64,000 nucleotides of DNA from Curvularia clavata (taxonomy: Eukaryota). This document shows, piece by piece, positions 22,563 through 35,537 of the stretch. Positions within the stretch are counted from its first letter, which is position 1. The number at the start of each line of letters is the position of its first letter. The stretch covers positions 620,001 to 684,000 of the forward strand of contig CP089278.1 of the NCBI GenBank assembly GCA_023920165.1, in the 5' to 3' direction. A program made the translations under genes and the position numbers. The notes beneath the pieces were generated by a model, which did not search any database, had not been told where the DNA came from, and saw nothing but the letters and a program-made list of their open reading frames with translations.

Positions 22563-25036
22563 ACAAAACGTATGTCGCATACCGTCAGATTTTCTGTTTC
22601 AAAGCCGCGCACAAGGGACGACTGGCAGGACGAAAGAGCACACTGTCTTCAACATGAGGTGTTTAGGGGTTTGGGTTTGAGTGAAGATACACATCATAGC
22701 GATTCCGTGGTTTTCAGGAGTTTAGAATGCAGGGTTAGTGTCTATGGCATGCCTTGTTGGAGTTTATAGTAATGTGATGTTGATGTATTGATTATATCTG
22801 CGCCTCTTGTTGGTAGTGAGATCACCACCCGTATGGTTTGTGCATCCGTGCTGTCCTGATAATTGATCATACTTTGCGTCGGGCTCGAATTCAGGTCATG
22901 CAAGAAAGTTCTGATCACATACCCGATGCGCAGTAATATACACAACTTCGATGGGTTATGATCACGGGTTAGCACAGTCGGAGCAGCACACACTTCAGCC
23001 CAGCTCGACATTGATACAGTCTTTTATCCCGACAAAGACGCTTTCAAAAATGCCATGTAGTGAGCTTTTCACCTGGCGTCCTAGAATTACTTTGAGCGCC
23101 TCTCAACCCAGCATTGTGGCTTCCAGGGTGTCTGCTTTGTTGTGTTAGCAGCATGAGCTTCTCAGTCACTGATATCCCTTCCCTGCGCTGAGAGCTCCTC
23201 AAATCAACGCTCGCTTCCCATCTACAGCTTGAAATACGAGGACCCGAGTTCGTTACGAGAGTACAAGATATAGGAAATATATATGAGTAGTACGATAAGA
23301 GTGTATTTTAGAAGCATCAGGTGGATGATTCTACTGGATTATTGCTGTTCTTGAATGCGCGGTCTAGCTGGATAGTCTGAGGCTCGATGTGATTCATGGA
23401 ATGCTGCTTTGGTGGCCTTGTCATATAAATAGTTTTACAGACATTTTATGTAGTACAGTAGCGACTTTCTCAACATATCGCCTTGTATGCTGTGTCCTGA
23501 TCTCCTTTGCGATATTTCTCCACGCCATCTGGTCTGATAGTTATTGTTCTACTAAAGGCAATGACCGGTTATAGAGCGTAGGCTATGATAAAATGTACTC
23601 CATAGAGTGTATTTTATGCAGCACAGCTATCCAAGCCCTCGTAAATAGAACATGCTGCTGAACCTGTTTCAGAAACAGTCATGCATTCTGTGAGTGTGGT
23701 TAAATATTGGTTGCATGTGTTGGACCAGGTCCAAGGCGACTCCATGAGTTACGAATTGTGGATCAGCCAGGTAGTCTATGAGATGAGGCGGAGACACCAG
23801 CCTTGCCACTTGTATAAATTTCGCGCTGAAGTCTAATCTGATACTGTGATCCTCCCCTGCATGTCCTTAGTACACAACCCCTCTGCTCAATCCTTGAGCT
23901 TGAGAACGCTAGACGTTATCTGGGAGGAAGAAAGTCCTTGTGATATTTGGGATTGATAGACAGCGGGAACAAGGTACGGGTGATTCATGGAGTGAATGCA
24001 AGAAGTGGAGTTTCTAGGATCATGACGAAAAGAGGGTGGAAATCTTTTTAAAAAAAACGAAAATAACAGAGACTATTTCAAGCTCTCTGCACTTCATCCC
24101 AGCAAATCACCAATAACACACCAAACCCATCCTCTCAACACATGTAGCCAAGATCCCACATGGGAAACCCAAGCCAACCAATGGAATTCCCCGCTCAATC
24201 TCATTGACTATGTGGCCCCCTCACGCCATACACCGCGTCTCTAATCTCCGAAGCCTACCAAAAATAAAGTCGGCAATACAGCGCAAAGGACCATCTTCTT
24301 TCGTAAAGACATACCATTTCTCCATAAGGTAAACGCTCTTGCAGCAGTCCTAGCACGGGCGCGTACCGAAACAGCGGAAAAGCAACGTGACAAGCGCATC
24401 AGGCCATGGCTGCAGATGACCAAGAGATTTAGGGCGAGTGAACAGGAAAGGTTGGATGGGGCTATTTCCGGGGGTTTTACCCATATGGCGTTTGTGGGGC
24501 AGTCGTTACACCCGGCCGTTGTGCTGAAAGATACTGACGCAGAGAAAAGAGGAGATTTTTGCGTACGTAAGTTATGGTATTATATCGATTTTTTTTTAAT
24601 GAGAATCTATGGTATATGCCAGATTTGGGGATGCAAACTAAAGTGGTGGTATACTCTATCTCTCTCCCCTGGGCTGGCAGACTTGGAACTGAAATAATAA
24701 ATGTGGTGTGGTATCATAGAAGACATGCTGTAAGAAGAGAAATATAAAAATGAGCAGTATAACGTCAGTATGCAAAGTTTCACTCCCATGAATAACGTCG
24801 CGCTTCGTTCTCCAGATGGTATCGTTACGATCGTGTCCTCAGAGATATCGCCGTGGTTGAGATTGCTCTTCAAGCCTCATCAGCAAGCCATTTTGGTAAT
24901 GCTCGGGTCTTGAGACATCGCCATGGTACTGTAGGCTTCTCCGTGTCTGCACCGGGTGTATCGTCGTCTCCCGAGTCGACGTGCCCTGCGGCGCTCTTGA
25001 TTCTTTTGAGTGAGCCTAGGTATTGGCTCAAGCTCT

Positions 25037-25564
25037 TCATTTGCTGACACTGGTAATAACCGTGGTAGTTTGCGGTGTCTTGATAGAGAGAGGCAGACCC
25101 TTTTCGATGTCGCGCATCTTGTTGGCGTTCTTTCCTGGGGGTGGAGAGTCAAGACGGATACCGGTGCGCCTGTTTGAACGGTTTTGCTTGTTGTCGACAG
25201 TTGAGCGGCCGGTAAAGCGACGAGAAGCGCGGCGAATAGAGGCTCGAACGTCCCACTGACGCTTCTTTGCGAGCCACCAGAGCACTCCGGATGCGACTAA
25301 ATGCTTGTTAGCTTCAGTATATCTGAGTGGCGAGGTAATGGACGTACTGGAACCGAGTACAACGACAACGGCTACGACAATGATGGCAGCAATAGCACCA
25401 CCCGACAGAGAGAAAGCACCCTTTTGCGCTCCCGCAGCCCCAGCATCACTAGGATCTTGTGGGTTGTCGCTGCCTCCATTATAGCCTGGAGGAGGGAGAG
25501 AACTACCAGAATCCTGCGCAAGGGCTAGGATAGGTAAAAAGAACAAGAGGAGAGACCCGCTCAT
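25037..25564 (-). CDS. Small single-pass membrane protein with signal peptide
   Basis: Signal MSGSLLLFFLPILALAQ; TM GGAIAAIIVVAVVVVLGS|IASGVLWWL; basic stop-transfer AKKRQW. 51-nt intron 25347-25297. Confidence 0.8.
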   Translation of the reverse strand: MSGSLLLFFLPILALAQDSGSSLPPPGYNGGSDNPQDPSDAGAAGAQKGAFSLSGGAIAAIIVVAVVVVLGSSTSITSPLRYTEANKHLVASGVLWWLAKKRQWDVRASIRRASRRFTGRSTVDNKQNRSNRRTGIRLDSPPPGKNANKMRDIEKGLPLSIKTPQTTTVITSVSK

Positions 25565-27101
25565 GATGTCGATGGGAATGTCGAAATGCGGCACAAAACG
25601 GAGAATTGATTGAGTTTTGGTGACACCAGGATGGCGTGAAGGACGTTCGATCAACTGGATAGATACCAACAACTCGCTACCAGCACGGAGGGCAGGTCCC
25701 TATATTTGCATGGCCGCGTGCGCATCTCTTTTACCCAAACCAATCCCTTCTCCATCGCTCATCCAATACCCCGCCAGTCTCAGGGCGTCCCGGCGGTTAG
25801 CATCGTGCGCTTGGACGGTAGACAAGGTTGGCTATCGGGAGGGTCCATCAGGCCATCTTCTTAATATAGCGGCATTGGCGTCGAGTTTGGACAGCTTGGA
25901 AGCCGTAAGCTGCGCGGATTGGCAGGGCGTAATGGGTCGTGGGCGCGTAACGTGGTGGATGGAGGTGACGGTGCAGCGAAGCTAGGGCAAACTCGTGTGT
26001 GATTGGCCAGAACCCTGGCCTCAACCGCCCGGCTAGCAATGTCGCCGCCCTCTCTTGTTTCAGGGATGCCAGCCAGCAGCAACTCTCCATTCTCAACGAT
26101 AGGGCCAAAGTGTGACGACGGTCCTCGAGTGCAGTCGGTGAAGCCGTAGCATGGGAAAGGTATTTTTGCCCTATGTCCTGACTTGAGTCGCCCTCAGCTT
26201 GCCATGATCGTAGGACGCGCCATTACTTGGACAATGCTGTGGAGACGACTCATGCAAATATCCGAACGTCTTGTGGTTTGCTATAGACAAGGTTACTATC
26301 CGCCCTGCTAAGAGCCGCTGATTGACAACGAGAAGTCCATAGTCGACGAGGCCATGGTGCACAGGTATTTTCGGTCACCCGCTATTCGCGCCCTAGAGCG
26401 ACGATCTTTTCAATGACAACAGAGGAAAATGAAAAGTAGACATTTCGGGGTCGTCCAGACAAACGCAACCTGATGGGTGGCTGGAGTATTAGGGTCTTTG
26501 CGTTGATTGGTGGCCCGAATCAAAGGTTGTCTGAGGTCACGTGCCTTCCATCCAACCTACCTCAAACCTAACACTGGAGATAACAAAGGCAGAAAAGGCA
26601 TTTCAGTTAAAACAAATCTTGGAGATCAGTTTCGCAAAGCCCGGAGCTATATGGCGCTTGGATTCGCATTGATTAGGTCTTGAATCTACTTGTATACGGT
26701 TGTGTTCTCTGGAATGGTGTTGAGATAATACATGAAATACGTTCTTCAGCCGACTGTAGGCTTGAACTTGTGTGAATGAGAGACATTAATATCAAATGAG
26801 ACTGGCAAGGAATCTATGGTAGAGGAGTTGGATATAGGTAGATTACTAGCGAAGGTAGGGTGTTGGTCGAAGAGGTCCTTGAGGGTGATCGTGACTTCCT
26901 CGCATCCCTCGCGGAAAGCGCAAAAAGAATAGCAAATCTGTAAGCTTCCACACCTCTTGACTCTGTCACTCAACCTCTACCCCATATATAGGGCCTCGTC
27001 CTTTGCGTCTCGAGATCTTTGTTGCCAGGATACCCTCACTAGCCGCCGCACCCACTCGTCTCTTACTTGCATGACGCCTGGTGTTCGCCCGTTTCATAAA
27101 C

Positions 27102-30100
27102 ATGACCGACCAAGCTACCAGCGAGAAACCGCCTGCAAAGGAGAGGAAGCCTTCGCGTCTTCGTTACGAGATTCGACTGGACTCAACAAATGACGATAGA
27201 GACAGCCAGGGGAATGTCGTCCAAGCGCCTCACAGTGATACGATTGTGTTTGACACGCAGCTTGACATCAGCGGACATGCCACTGAACACATGGAACGCA
27301 AAGACCCTGAACCAGAATTTACTGAGCCGCCCTTGAGTCCAAAGTCTCGAGTCACTCTGGAACGCTTTGCAGCAACTAAGAAGACCACCATACCTGAAAC
27401 TGATACGATCCTATTCAAGACTTTCAGCAAAGAGCTTGTCGAACCAGGTAGCAAATTAGCTTTGCTTTCGCAAACTTTCTCTTATGGACGAGCTATACGA
27501 ACAACCAACCCGACAAATACAAAGATAGGACCTGTTGAGCCTCAGCCTACAGCCCATACTGCTTCGCCATCGTCAACAAACGAAGAGATGAGCAATCGAA
27601 AAGCACATGGTAGGGCAAACACAATTGTTTTATACATTGACTAAAGATTGAACAGAGAGCATTGCGCCTGGCGCAACGGCAAACCGTGAATCGCAGGAAA
27701 CCCCAGCCGACACACGAGATGGACTGAACATCACAAGCGACGGAGATCTGACTTCCTCAATGCCGCTACCACAGACTCTCACTACTGACGACCATTTGAA
27801 GCAGCCTATTCATCCTAGGTAAGAATTCCTGGCATACAATAAAGTATTTTACTAACGACGATAGCTTCACACACTCCAAGAACACAACTCCCTTTCCGCT
27901 TCCGGCACAAACTTCTTTCAAAGGCAAAAGCGAGAAAAAGAAGAGTGACATTTCTTGAAAGCACAGGAAGAATACGAAAACTCTGCCAACCCAACGGAAT
28001 GCCGGGCCATGGCCCCCCCCCGATGGAATGATGCTCTTGACGATGCCCAAACCCTCACCGACGTCAGCGGGACCTTACTTAGCGATTCCATTGATGTCTT
28101 TCATCCTATAAAACCTGAGAAACGTGATGATCAGCCCAAAGATCTTGCTAGGAATGATACGATGTTGTCAGTGGGTAGTCATGACTCTAGCAAACCCGCG
28201 AGAGGCTATCAAGTTCACAAACTCGGCAGCCAGAAAAACATCAAAGCAGAGCATGAGGCAGACGCATACAGCACAGCGGAAGAAACCCCACGGAAAATAT
28301 CTACGGATTTCCTACATACCTTAGGACTGCCATTGGCCACCACGTCTTCCTTGCCACCTGCGCCTGTTGTCACTAAACAGGGTTCCGCTACCAACTTGGC
28401 TCAACAAACATTGCAAGAAGGTCAAGATGGGACCAGTAAATATCATCACGAGAGGACCGCATCCAGTCAAAAAACCCGGAGTCCATCTCTCGAGTCTCAT
28501 AATGACACTTTGCCATGTTCTGGTAGATCTGGACACAACCTGCATAAATCTCAGCCCTTATCGTGCATGGATGAAACAACACAACCGCTTAATACTGTAG
28601 AACCGGTCACGTCTCAAGAGGCACTGCATCGAACTTCTAATCGAGGAGCCCCAAGCCGCATAGTCAAGCCGCGAATGAAGTCGCGCACGGAAAGCAAGCC
28701 TACATCACATGGAGCTCAAGAAGCATCCATACCACCTGTTGTAGGCCGCGCGCTGAAGAGCCTGGAAACGGCGTTCTTGGCGGAGAGCTTTCGAAAGACC
28801 CATGAGCATACCACCGAATTGGAGCATGCTGCGGAGAAAGTAACTCTACATCTCCAGACAATCGATTCCCAGAAAGAGGTCATTGCAGACTTAAGGAAGC
28901 AGCGAGATGAACTGAAAGTCGCCTTCGAAAGCCTCACCAGAAAAGCCAAGACCAATCAAAAGTTCCTTGAGGGATTCCAAAAAGACTACGAAAAACTGAA
29001 GAAGTTGACCACAACTGCTCAAGAAGACAACAGAAAGACCTTGGAAGCAAAAATAGCTGAAATTGAAGAGGAAAAGCATATTCTCGGACGCGAACTTGAG
29101 ATCACCGCCTGCAAACTTGCCGAGAGCCAGAGAAAAATTAGGGCAGTGGCTGACGAGCTCTATGTGAAGTTGGCGATAACCCTTTCAGCGAATGAAAGTT
29201 TGACCAAGCGACGGGATGAGCTGGAAGAAGCGTACAAAAGCGAGAAGAAAAAGTGCGAAGATGCTGAAAGTGAACTGTTGAATGGAATTCAGAATCTTCA
29301 ATTCCAGCTCAGCAACACTACCAATGCTCTTGTCAACAAACTAGATCAGTTCCAAACTTCAGTGGAGAAAACCGCTATATGCGATCACCAAGACACCAAG
29401 ATTAAAGATTGCCTTGAGATACTGAACAGCTTGAAAACAGAACCTCGCTTGAAGGTTCATGATGTTCGCAAGGCAGAGGGGATGTTGTGCTTTATGCGAA
29501 CACGGTACGTGATGATTCAGAGCAGAACGCAACAAAGTACTAACAGATCAAACAGCATTGAATCGGGCCTAGAAGAACTTCACAAAGCAATCACACGTAA
29601 TGGTCCTCATAATGCGGAGGATCATGCATCAATCAACGAACAGCTACAAGATTTGCGTACCAACATGATGAAGTACGAAGAGCTTGCTACAGAGAACTGC
29701 AAGATAAAAGAGTCAAATACAGCTCTCACGAAGCAATTGGAAGCTCAAAGGCAGCAATATGCTCACCTCAATGAGAAGGTAGAGCATCTGAAAAAGGTCG
29801 AGATCGATCTGAAGCACCGATCTAGCAAACTAGAGCACGATTTGGGTAGCATGAGAAATGCAGCCCAATCTTCTAGATTAGAGATGTCGGCAATTGAGCA
29901 GACGAACCGTGAACTAACCCAAAGGTTTAAAGAAGTGGAAAGCGAGTTGGTGGCAGCCAAGGCGAAGGCTAACGATGCAGAGGAATCACGAAAAAATCTG
30001 GAAAAGCAAGCAGCCGAGTACAAGGTAACGCCGATGGTTCTCGGATGGAAGCACTATTTTGACAAACTATAGAAGCGTTATGAGACTATGGCGAAAGAGA

Positions 30101-32092
30101 AAATGGTCGAGGTGAGAAAATCACGTCCATGATATCAACACGTCTGATCTATTCCATAGATGCAAAATGCTGCGACAGCCCGCGAGAAACTTTCCGGAGA
30201 GTTCGAGCTTAAGTTGAGCGAAAAACAGCAGGAATTGCAAAGCGAAATCAATCGACTCAGGGCTGCCCTCCAGGCAGAAGAAGCAGCACACCAAAAGTCG
30301 AACAAAGACCTACGCATAGCGAACGCACATATCGAAGAGCTTAGGAAGAATGCCAATGGCCAAGAAGCTGCAAACAACAAATTGAAAGCCCAGATATCTC
30401 AGCAGCAGTCTCTTATGAAAGTCATGAGCCAGGAGGCAGATGAGAGAGCCTCTCGAAAGCAACAAGAGGCTCGGAGCATCGCTGAGTTGGCTCGAGATAA
30501 GGTCTCATTACTAGAGAACGAAACGCAGACCCTCCTCTCTGAGCTTTCTAAAGCTCGTGAGAACGAACACAGGATGAAACGAGTTGAGGAGGCTTTATCT
30601 GCAGAGAAAGACCGGCTGCATCAAGAAGTTCGGGACATGCATTCGGCAATCGACACAAAGGACATGGAGATAGCCCAAATACGCACCGAATTTGTCAATG
30701 AGCACCAAAAGGCCATAGAGCAATATCGCAATGACGTTGAAGAGTGCAAGCGTCGCTTAGCTGAGACAACCACTTCATTAAAAGAAGCTGAAGCGAATAC
30801 CAAGCTATTGGAAGACCACTATCAAGCCAAAATCTCAGCGGACCAACAACTTGCTGAGTCCAAGTTGCTCGAACTCGAAACAGAATACCACAATGTACTT
30901 CAGTTGGTGAAAGAACAGAGCAGTCCGCTCGAATGGCACGGCCCTCATAACAAAGCTTCGAACCCGTGCTTATCACATACCGGCCAGAAGCTTTCTTCAA
31001 CCAAAGGGCAAAAGAGGGTGGAGCGGGATAATCGATCGATCATTGAAACTTCCCAAGAGCAAGATCACAGGCGGGAGCTTTCGATTCTCTCACATACTGA
31101 AGGTTCGCAGGCCCAGTCCGAGGACCAGGATTTGTTTGCGCTCTTTATTGGTGATATCGACAGTTCCATACAAGGTCAAGCAAATGGCGACTTGACGGCC
31201 AATCATGGATGTAACTCGATTCCCACAAGTCAGAATCTAGGGGCCTCACCGTTCGCGCAAGCTTCTTTGAAGGAGAGGCTAGTAAGAACTGCAACAATAG
31301 AACCCCAACGTCAAATTCGGAGCTCTTCTGGATTTAGTAGCATGGCATCAGATGAGCTGGCGCGTATTCAGAAAGAACTGGAGCCTGACATGACATCCAG
31401 GCTTCACAGCCGAAATGCAGGCTCCCAAAGGCTTGAGAAACCTTTCGATGACAACAAGCCAGAATTTTCTCATACGGATAACGCCTCCGTGATGAGTTCC
31501 CAATCATACCAATCACAGGAAAGGCCCAAGTCGCAAGCTAATACATCATCTCGGATGTTTCCCCCTCATGGAAGTGCCCCTAAACAAAACCAATCACCAT
31601 CTCAGTCTCAGGTCATTCAAACCAAGCTTCCTAGTAAGCACGAAAAGCTTGATAGTATGATTCATAATCTTGGTCATAGCGTCTCTTCAGGCAAACGGAA
31701 GCTTTCCATTACTCAGACCGACAGTGATTTGGTCCTGAAAAGGCAGCATGGAACGCCGTCTACGCAACCTGCATTTTCTTCCTCTGGCCCTCGGAGGCGA
31801 TCCCCACGTTTGTCCAGAGCATCTGGTGACAGCTCAGGAAGTCAATCCGGCAGGTCCAACTACACTTCTTCGGATAAGGCGCATCTCTCCCGTCACCAAC
31901 TTTTACAGACATACGCCACACCCCCCAAGCGCCACTCTTCTCGGGTTAAACGTAATCAGAGTGAGTACATACTATAATGACAGACACCGCTCGCGCGATA
32001 TATACTAACTCTAGAGCATAGGCAGAAACGGCACCGCGTCTGAAGATGAGTTCAACGACCGGTTCGACGAGGAGCTAGCAGGATTGCATTAA
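27102..32092 (+). CDS. Large multi-exon coiled-coil protein (~1,500 aa); 5' exon structure unresolved
   Basis: ORFs 27081-27644, 27955-30072 and 30160-31977, linked by introns 27610-27655, 27819-27864, 29505-29555, 30024-30071, ~30112-30159, ~31961-32021. Heptad-rich E/K/L/Q core ~28750-30910. Ends EDEFNDRFDEELAGLH*. Confidence 0.72.
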
Positions 32093-35000
32093 ATGCTCGA
32101 GATACCGTCTTCTGGAGCTCGCAAGCGATACAAAAACTATTGTGCTCTTCACCAGGCCTCCAAGAGCACCCAAAATAGCCATTAGAGCTCATCGCACGTA
32201 CAAGCCAGTCGAGCGAAATCAATAACGACGGCACCAAGAACCTGAGTGAACGTATTCTGATGTCATGCCATTCCTACAAAATATATAGGAAATCGAATAT
32301 TAACCTGGGAGCTGCCCTCTTCACACTATGGAGTGCTGGAGGAATAACAATCTCGAAAAGCCAACGTCAAAAAATTAGCGACATATATGTAGTATCAACA
32401 GATGGACGAAGGAAAATATGTTCCAAGCAAAGTTCAGCATCAAAAGTAATAAAAAGTACGGACAAGGCTAGTATACTCAGCGAAATTTCAGTATCAAAAG
32501 ATATGTAGCGTAAATATCTCGAGAAACGGGGTTTTCCGCAAATATAAACTGTCCTAGGCACTTGTAGTGAGGTCTTTCTTCCCGACTCATAGAATCCGAC
32601 AGCATAAAGCAATCGCGATTCATCAAGACAATGTCACTGGTGGTGTGAATGAACTCATACAATAGAGCTTTGGCACATATTGTACTGAGAGTCGCAGAAA
32701 GTGAGGGCTTGGTCAATGTCGTGAGTGGAGGCGCGGCGATAGAGACCTCAATGAACGCTCATTGGCTGAGAAGGATGACGCCGCAGAACTTCGGCCTCAC
32801 AACGCCAAACGATCTATCTTGGACACCACCACCATTGACGCCGACACGACACATATTTGCGCGTCGCCATGGCGAAAAAAGGTACGTGTAGTGCTTGCGC
32901 ATTCAGTTCAGGCTTGTTGCGGCCGTCCTACAGCCTCGAAAACCCGTCGACATCCCTCGCGGCTCTCCCATGTTCGCTCAATATATGCTGACAGCAGTAC
33001 TCTACAGCAAAGTCCCGTACCATCATGGTGCGCCTCATATCAATGGCCATGACAGGCTACTACCGAACCATGCAAAGACCGCGGGCACACCAGCCTTTGA
33101 GCATGCTCAAATACGATCCCATCGGTACAACTCCCTCTTTTGTCGCCGTACTTATCACACGATTGCGGTTTCGCCTTCCCCTGGAAAATGCGAATGTTCA
33201 GTTATGAAGGAATATTCTGAAATTTTATGAAGGCTGCTTTCGTGGCAGCGCAATTTGTGGACAATGGCTGATTAGCTGGCAGTGCGAAAACAAGTACTTT
33301 TCCTCGAAGCGAAACGCGGCAAGAAATAACGTACACACAAGAACCGCGACACGAGAGCATGTAATACTACTACCTACGACTTTTGAGGCAAGGGCATGGA
33401 CTGGTCTCACGCATGAGATGGTGAGAGGTGGGCATGGCGGATTACCGCCTGCACCAGATGCACGACTCGGCAACCGCAATATCTGTTGGGTTGTCCAACC
33501 CTACAAAACGCCGGACACAGATTTGTGCATGTACATTCTAGAAATTCGCACGGATTGGCGTTATATGAAGTACAAAAATATATCAAAACGATATGTCGGA
33601 AATAAGATTCACAACCATTCCCCATAAAATCTACATGCGGATATCCCAGCGACTCTCGCGTGCTGACACCTCATCCTGTATTCATTTCCTCACTGCTACG
33701 AACCTCATAACAACGCGATTTCTAGCTATACCAAAATGAGGGTTTCTGAAAAGGCCTAGGCTCTATTTGGTCGTCTCTCGTTTTGTGCTAGAATGAGCGA
33801 CGAGCTTCAGAATTAGAAACGGCATGCATGACTGTCATCTTGAAGTTGGCAAACTTCCCATGTGTTGTGATGTTGTGTTTATCGATTTTGAGGAATTGGG
33901 CATACAGTTCGTGAAAATGATTGATGTGCCTCATTCGATCGGAGTACGGAGCAAACATGGCTGTTCGTGTTGAACAGACTCATACACCGTGGCCCAGGCC
34001 AGAACCTTTAGCGCAGAACACACCTTGCTGTATCACGTTTCTTTTAAACAATAGCAATGTATCATCCGCCTTATTATTCGATACTCAGGGCTGTTCAACC
34101 CAAGGCTAACCATCATGCTGCTTTGCTGGACCCACTATGCCATTTTGCAAACAGCCCTAGTTTCGGCGCCTTAGTCTCGTGGCCGCGATATGACTTTACT
34201 GCTGTTGTACTCAACGCCTCTTTCTTTACTCGTTGGCATGAGATGTTCAGGTTGCACTCCACCGAAAGCCGTAATGTGTGCATTCATACCCAAAGGAATA
34301 CACTATTTCCATCTTCACATCAATTCTCAAACCAATCAGTACGGTGATGCTGTATGCTTCTAGGGGTTTGTCGTGTCATGAAAACGTAGTTGGGACCTTG
34401 TTCAAAGCTGTCTCCATTCCAAGTGCTTATGTCTCTCTTTCTAAATCAAAGCTACGGAGTCTTGAAGTTGAATGTAACCTTTGCTGCTGTGGAGTAGATG
34501 GCCGTCGGTTCTGTTTGGAAGGTGAAGAAGCCGAAAGAATTGGTACATAAAAGAAGAGGAAGAGAGCTAATGGAGGGGCTGGTAAGCCCTTTAGAGGCGA
34601 TAAGGCGAAACTCAAAAAGGAGAACAGGGCTTGTGTTGCGTCAATGGACAACAAGTTGTTAGAGTACAGAAACTGCCCAAAAGCGTGCTAGACTCATGCA
34701 GACCCAACTGTGCCACCGAAACAGCCAGCCTCGTCGCGATAATGAATACATGGCCGACCTGCCGGTTGCAGCTAGCCCCTCGCACAGGGCTCGCGGCATC
34801 TTCTCCTCTTGCACAACCGCCCGGTTCTTACAGCTCTATCCGAACTTCCAAGACAACGCCAATAAGCATGACGTCTACAAGCTTCGCATCCGCGGTATCA
34901 AGTCTTGGCAAGAGGCCTTGTTCCACTGCCATGCATACCGAGCTGCTTAATTGGGTAAGGCGCCTGAATGATGTGCGCAGTGTACTCGGTGCTCGCATGC

Positions 35001-35537
35001 TCACCACGTTGAATTGTAATCGTAGGCTGCCAATGCTTGATGCTGACAACAAGAAATGTCTTAAGCTGAGGACGCTGACGACTGGAAAACCAATGAATAA
35101 GGAGCTGTGTCGAAATGAGTCTTGGTATTATCAAATCTTGCGCACTACCCCGGTTGTTGCATTCATCCGCTGTCGACGGATCGGCAGCTACAACCGAAAG
35201 CTCCCAGCATTCTTCCCCTAACGCAGAAAGCCTAGGATCTCCAGAAACATGTTATCCGACCAATTGGAGCCTTTTATCTCATCCTTCAGTTGCCTGATTC
35301 AGGTTAATCTACTGTACGATCGCACACAGGTCGCTGCAGGCTCCCGTGTAGCCTGGCCTTGATCAAATGTTAGAGCATGCAAGGCGGACGAACACTTGCA
35401 CCTAAGAAGAACTTCTCATGTAATATTGCTTGGCTTTCTACGAAATCAAGATATTTAAGGAGGCCGAGAGAACCGGTCATCTCGGCAAGCCCGTTGTTGA
35501 AGCCTTGGTTCTTCTTCTTCTTGACAAGCTTTTTACC

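Noticed and set aside
26917..26926. CGCAAAA (Ndt80 MSE-like) upstream of the coiled-coil gene
   Set aside because: A single short match is expected by chance.
34500..35221. 196-aa ORF and basic peptide fragments upstream of the carboxypeptidase
   Set aside because: TTG start, no domain motif and conflicting frames. It may be a remnant but cannot be supported.
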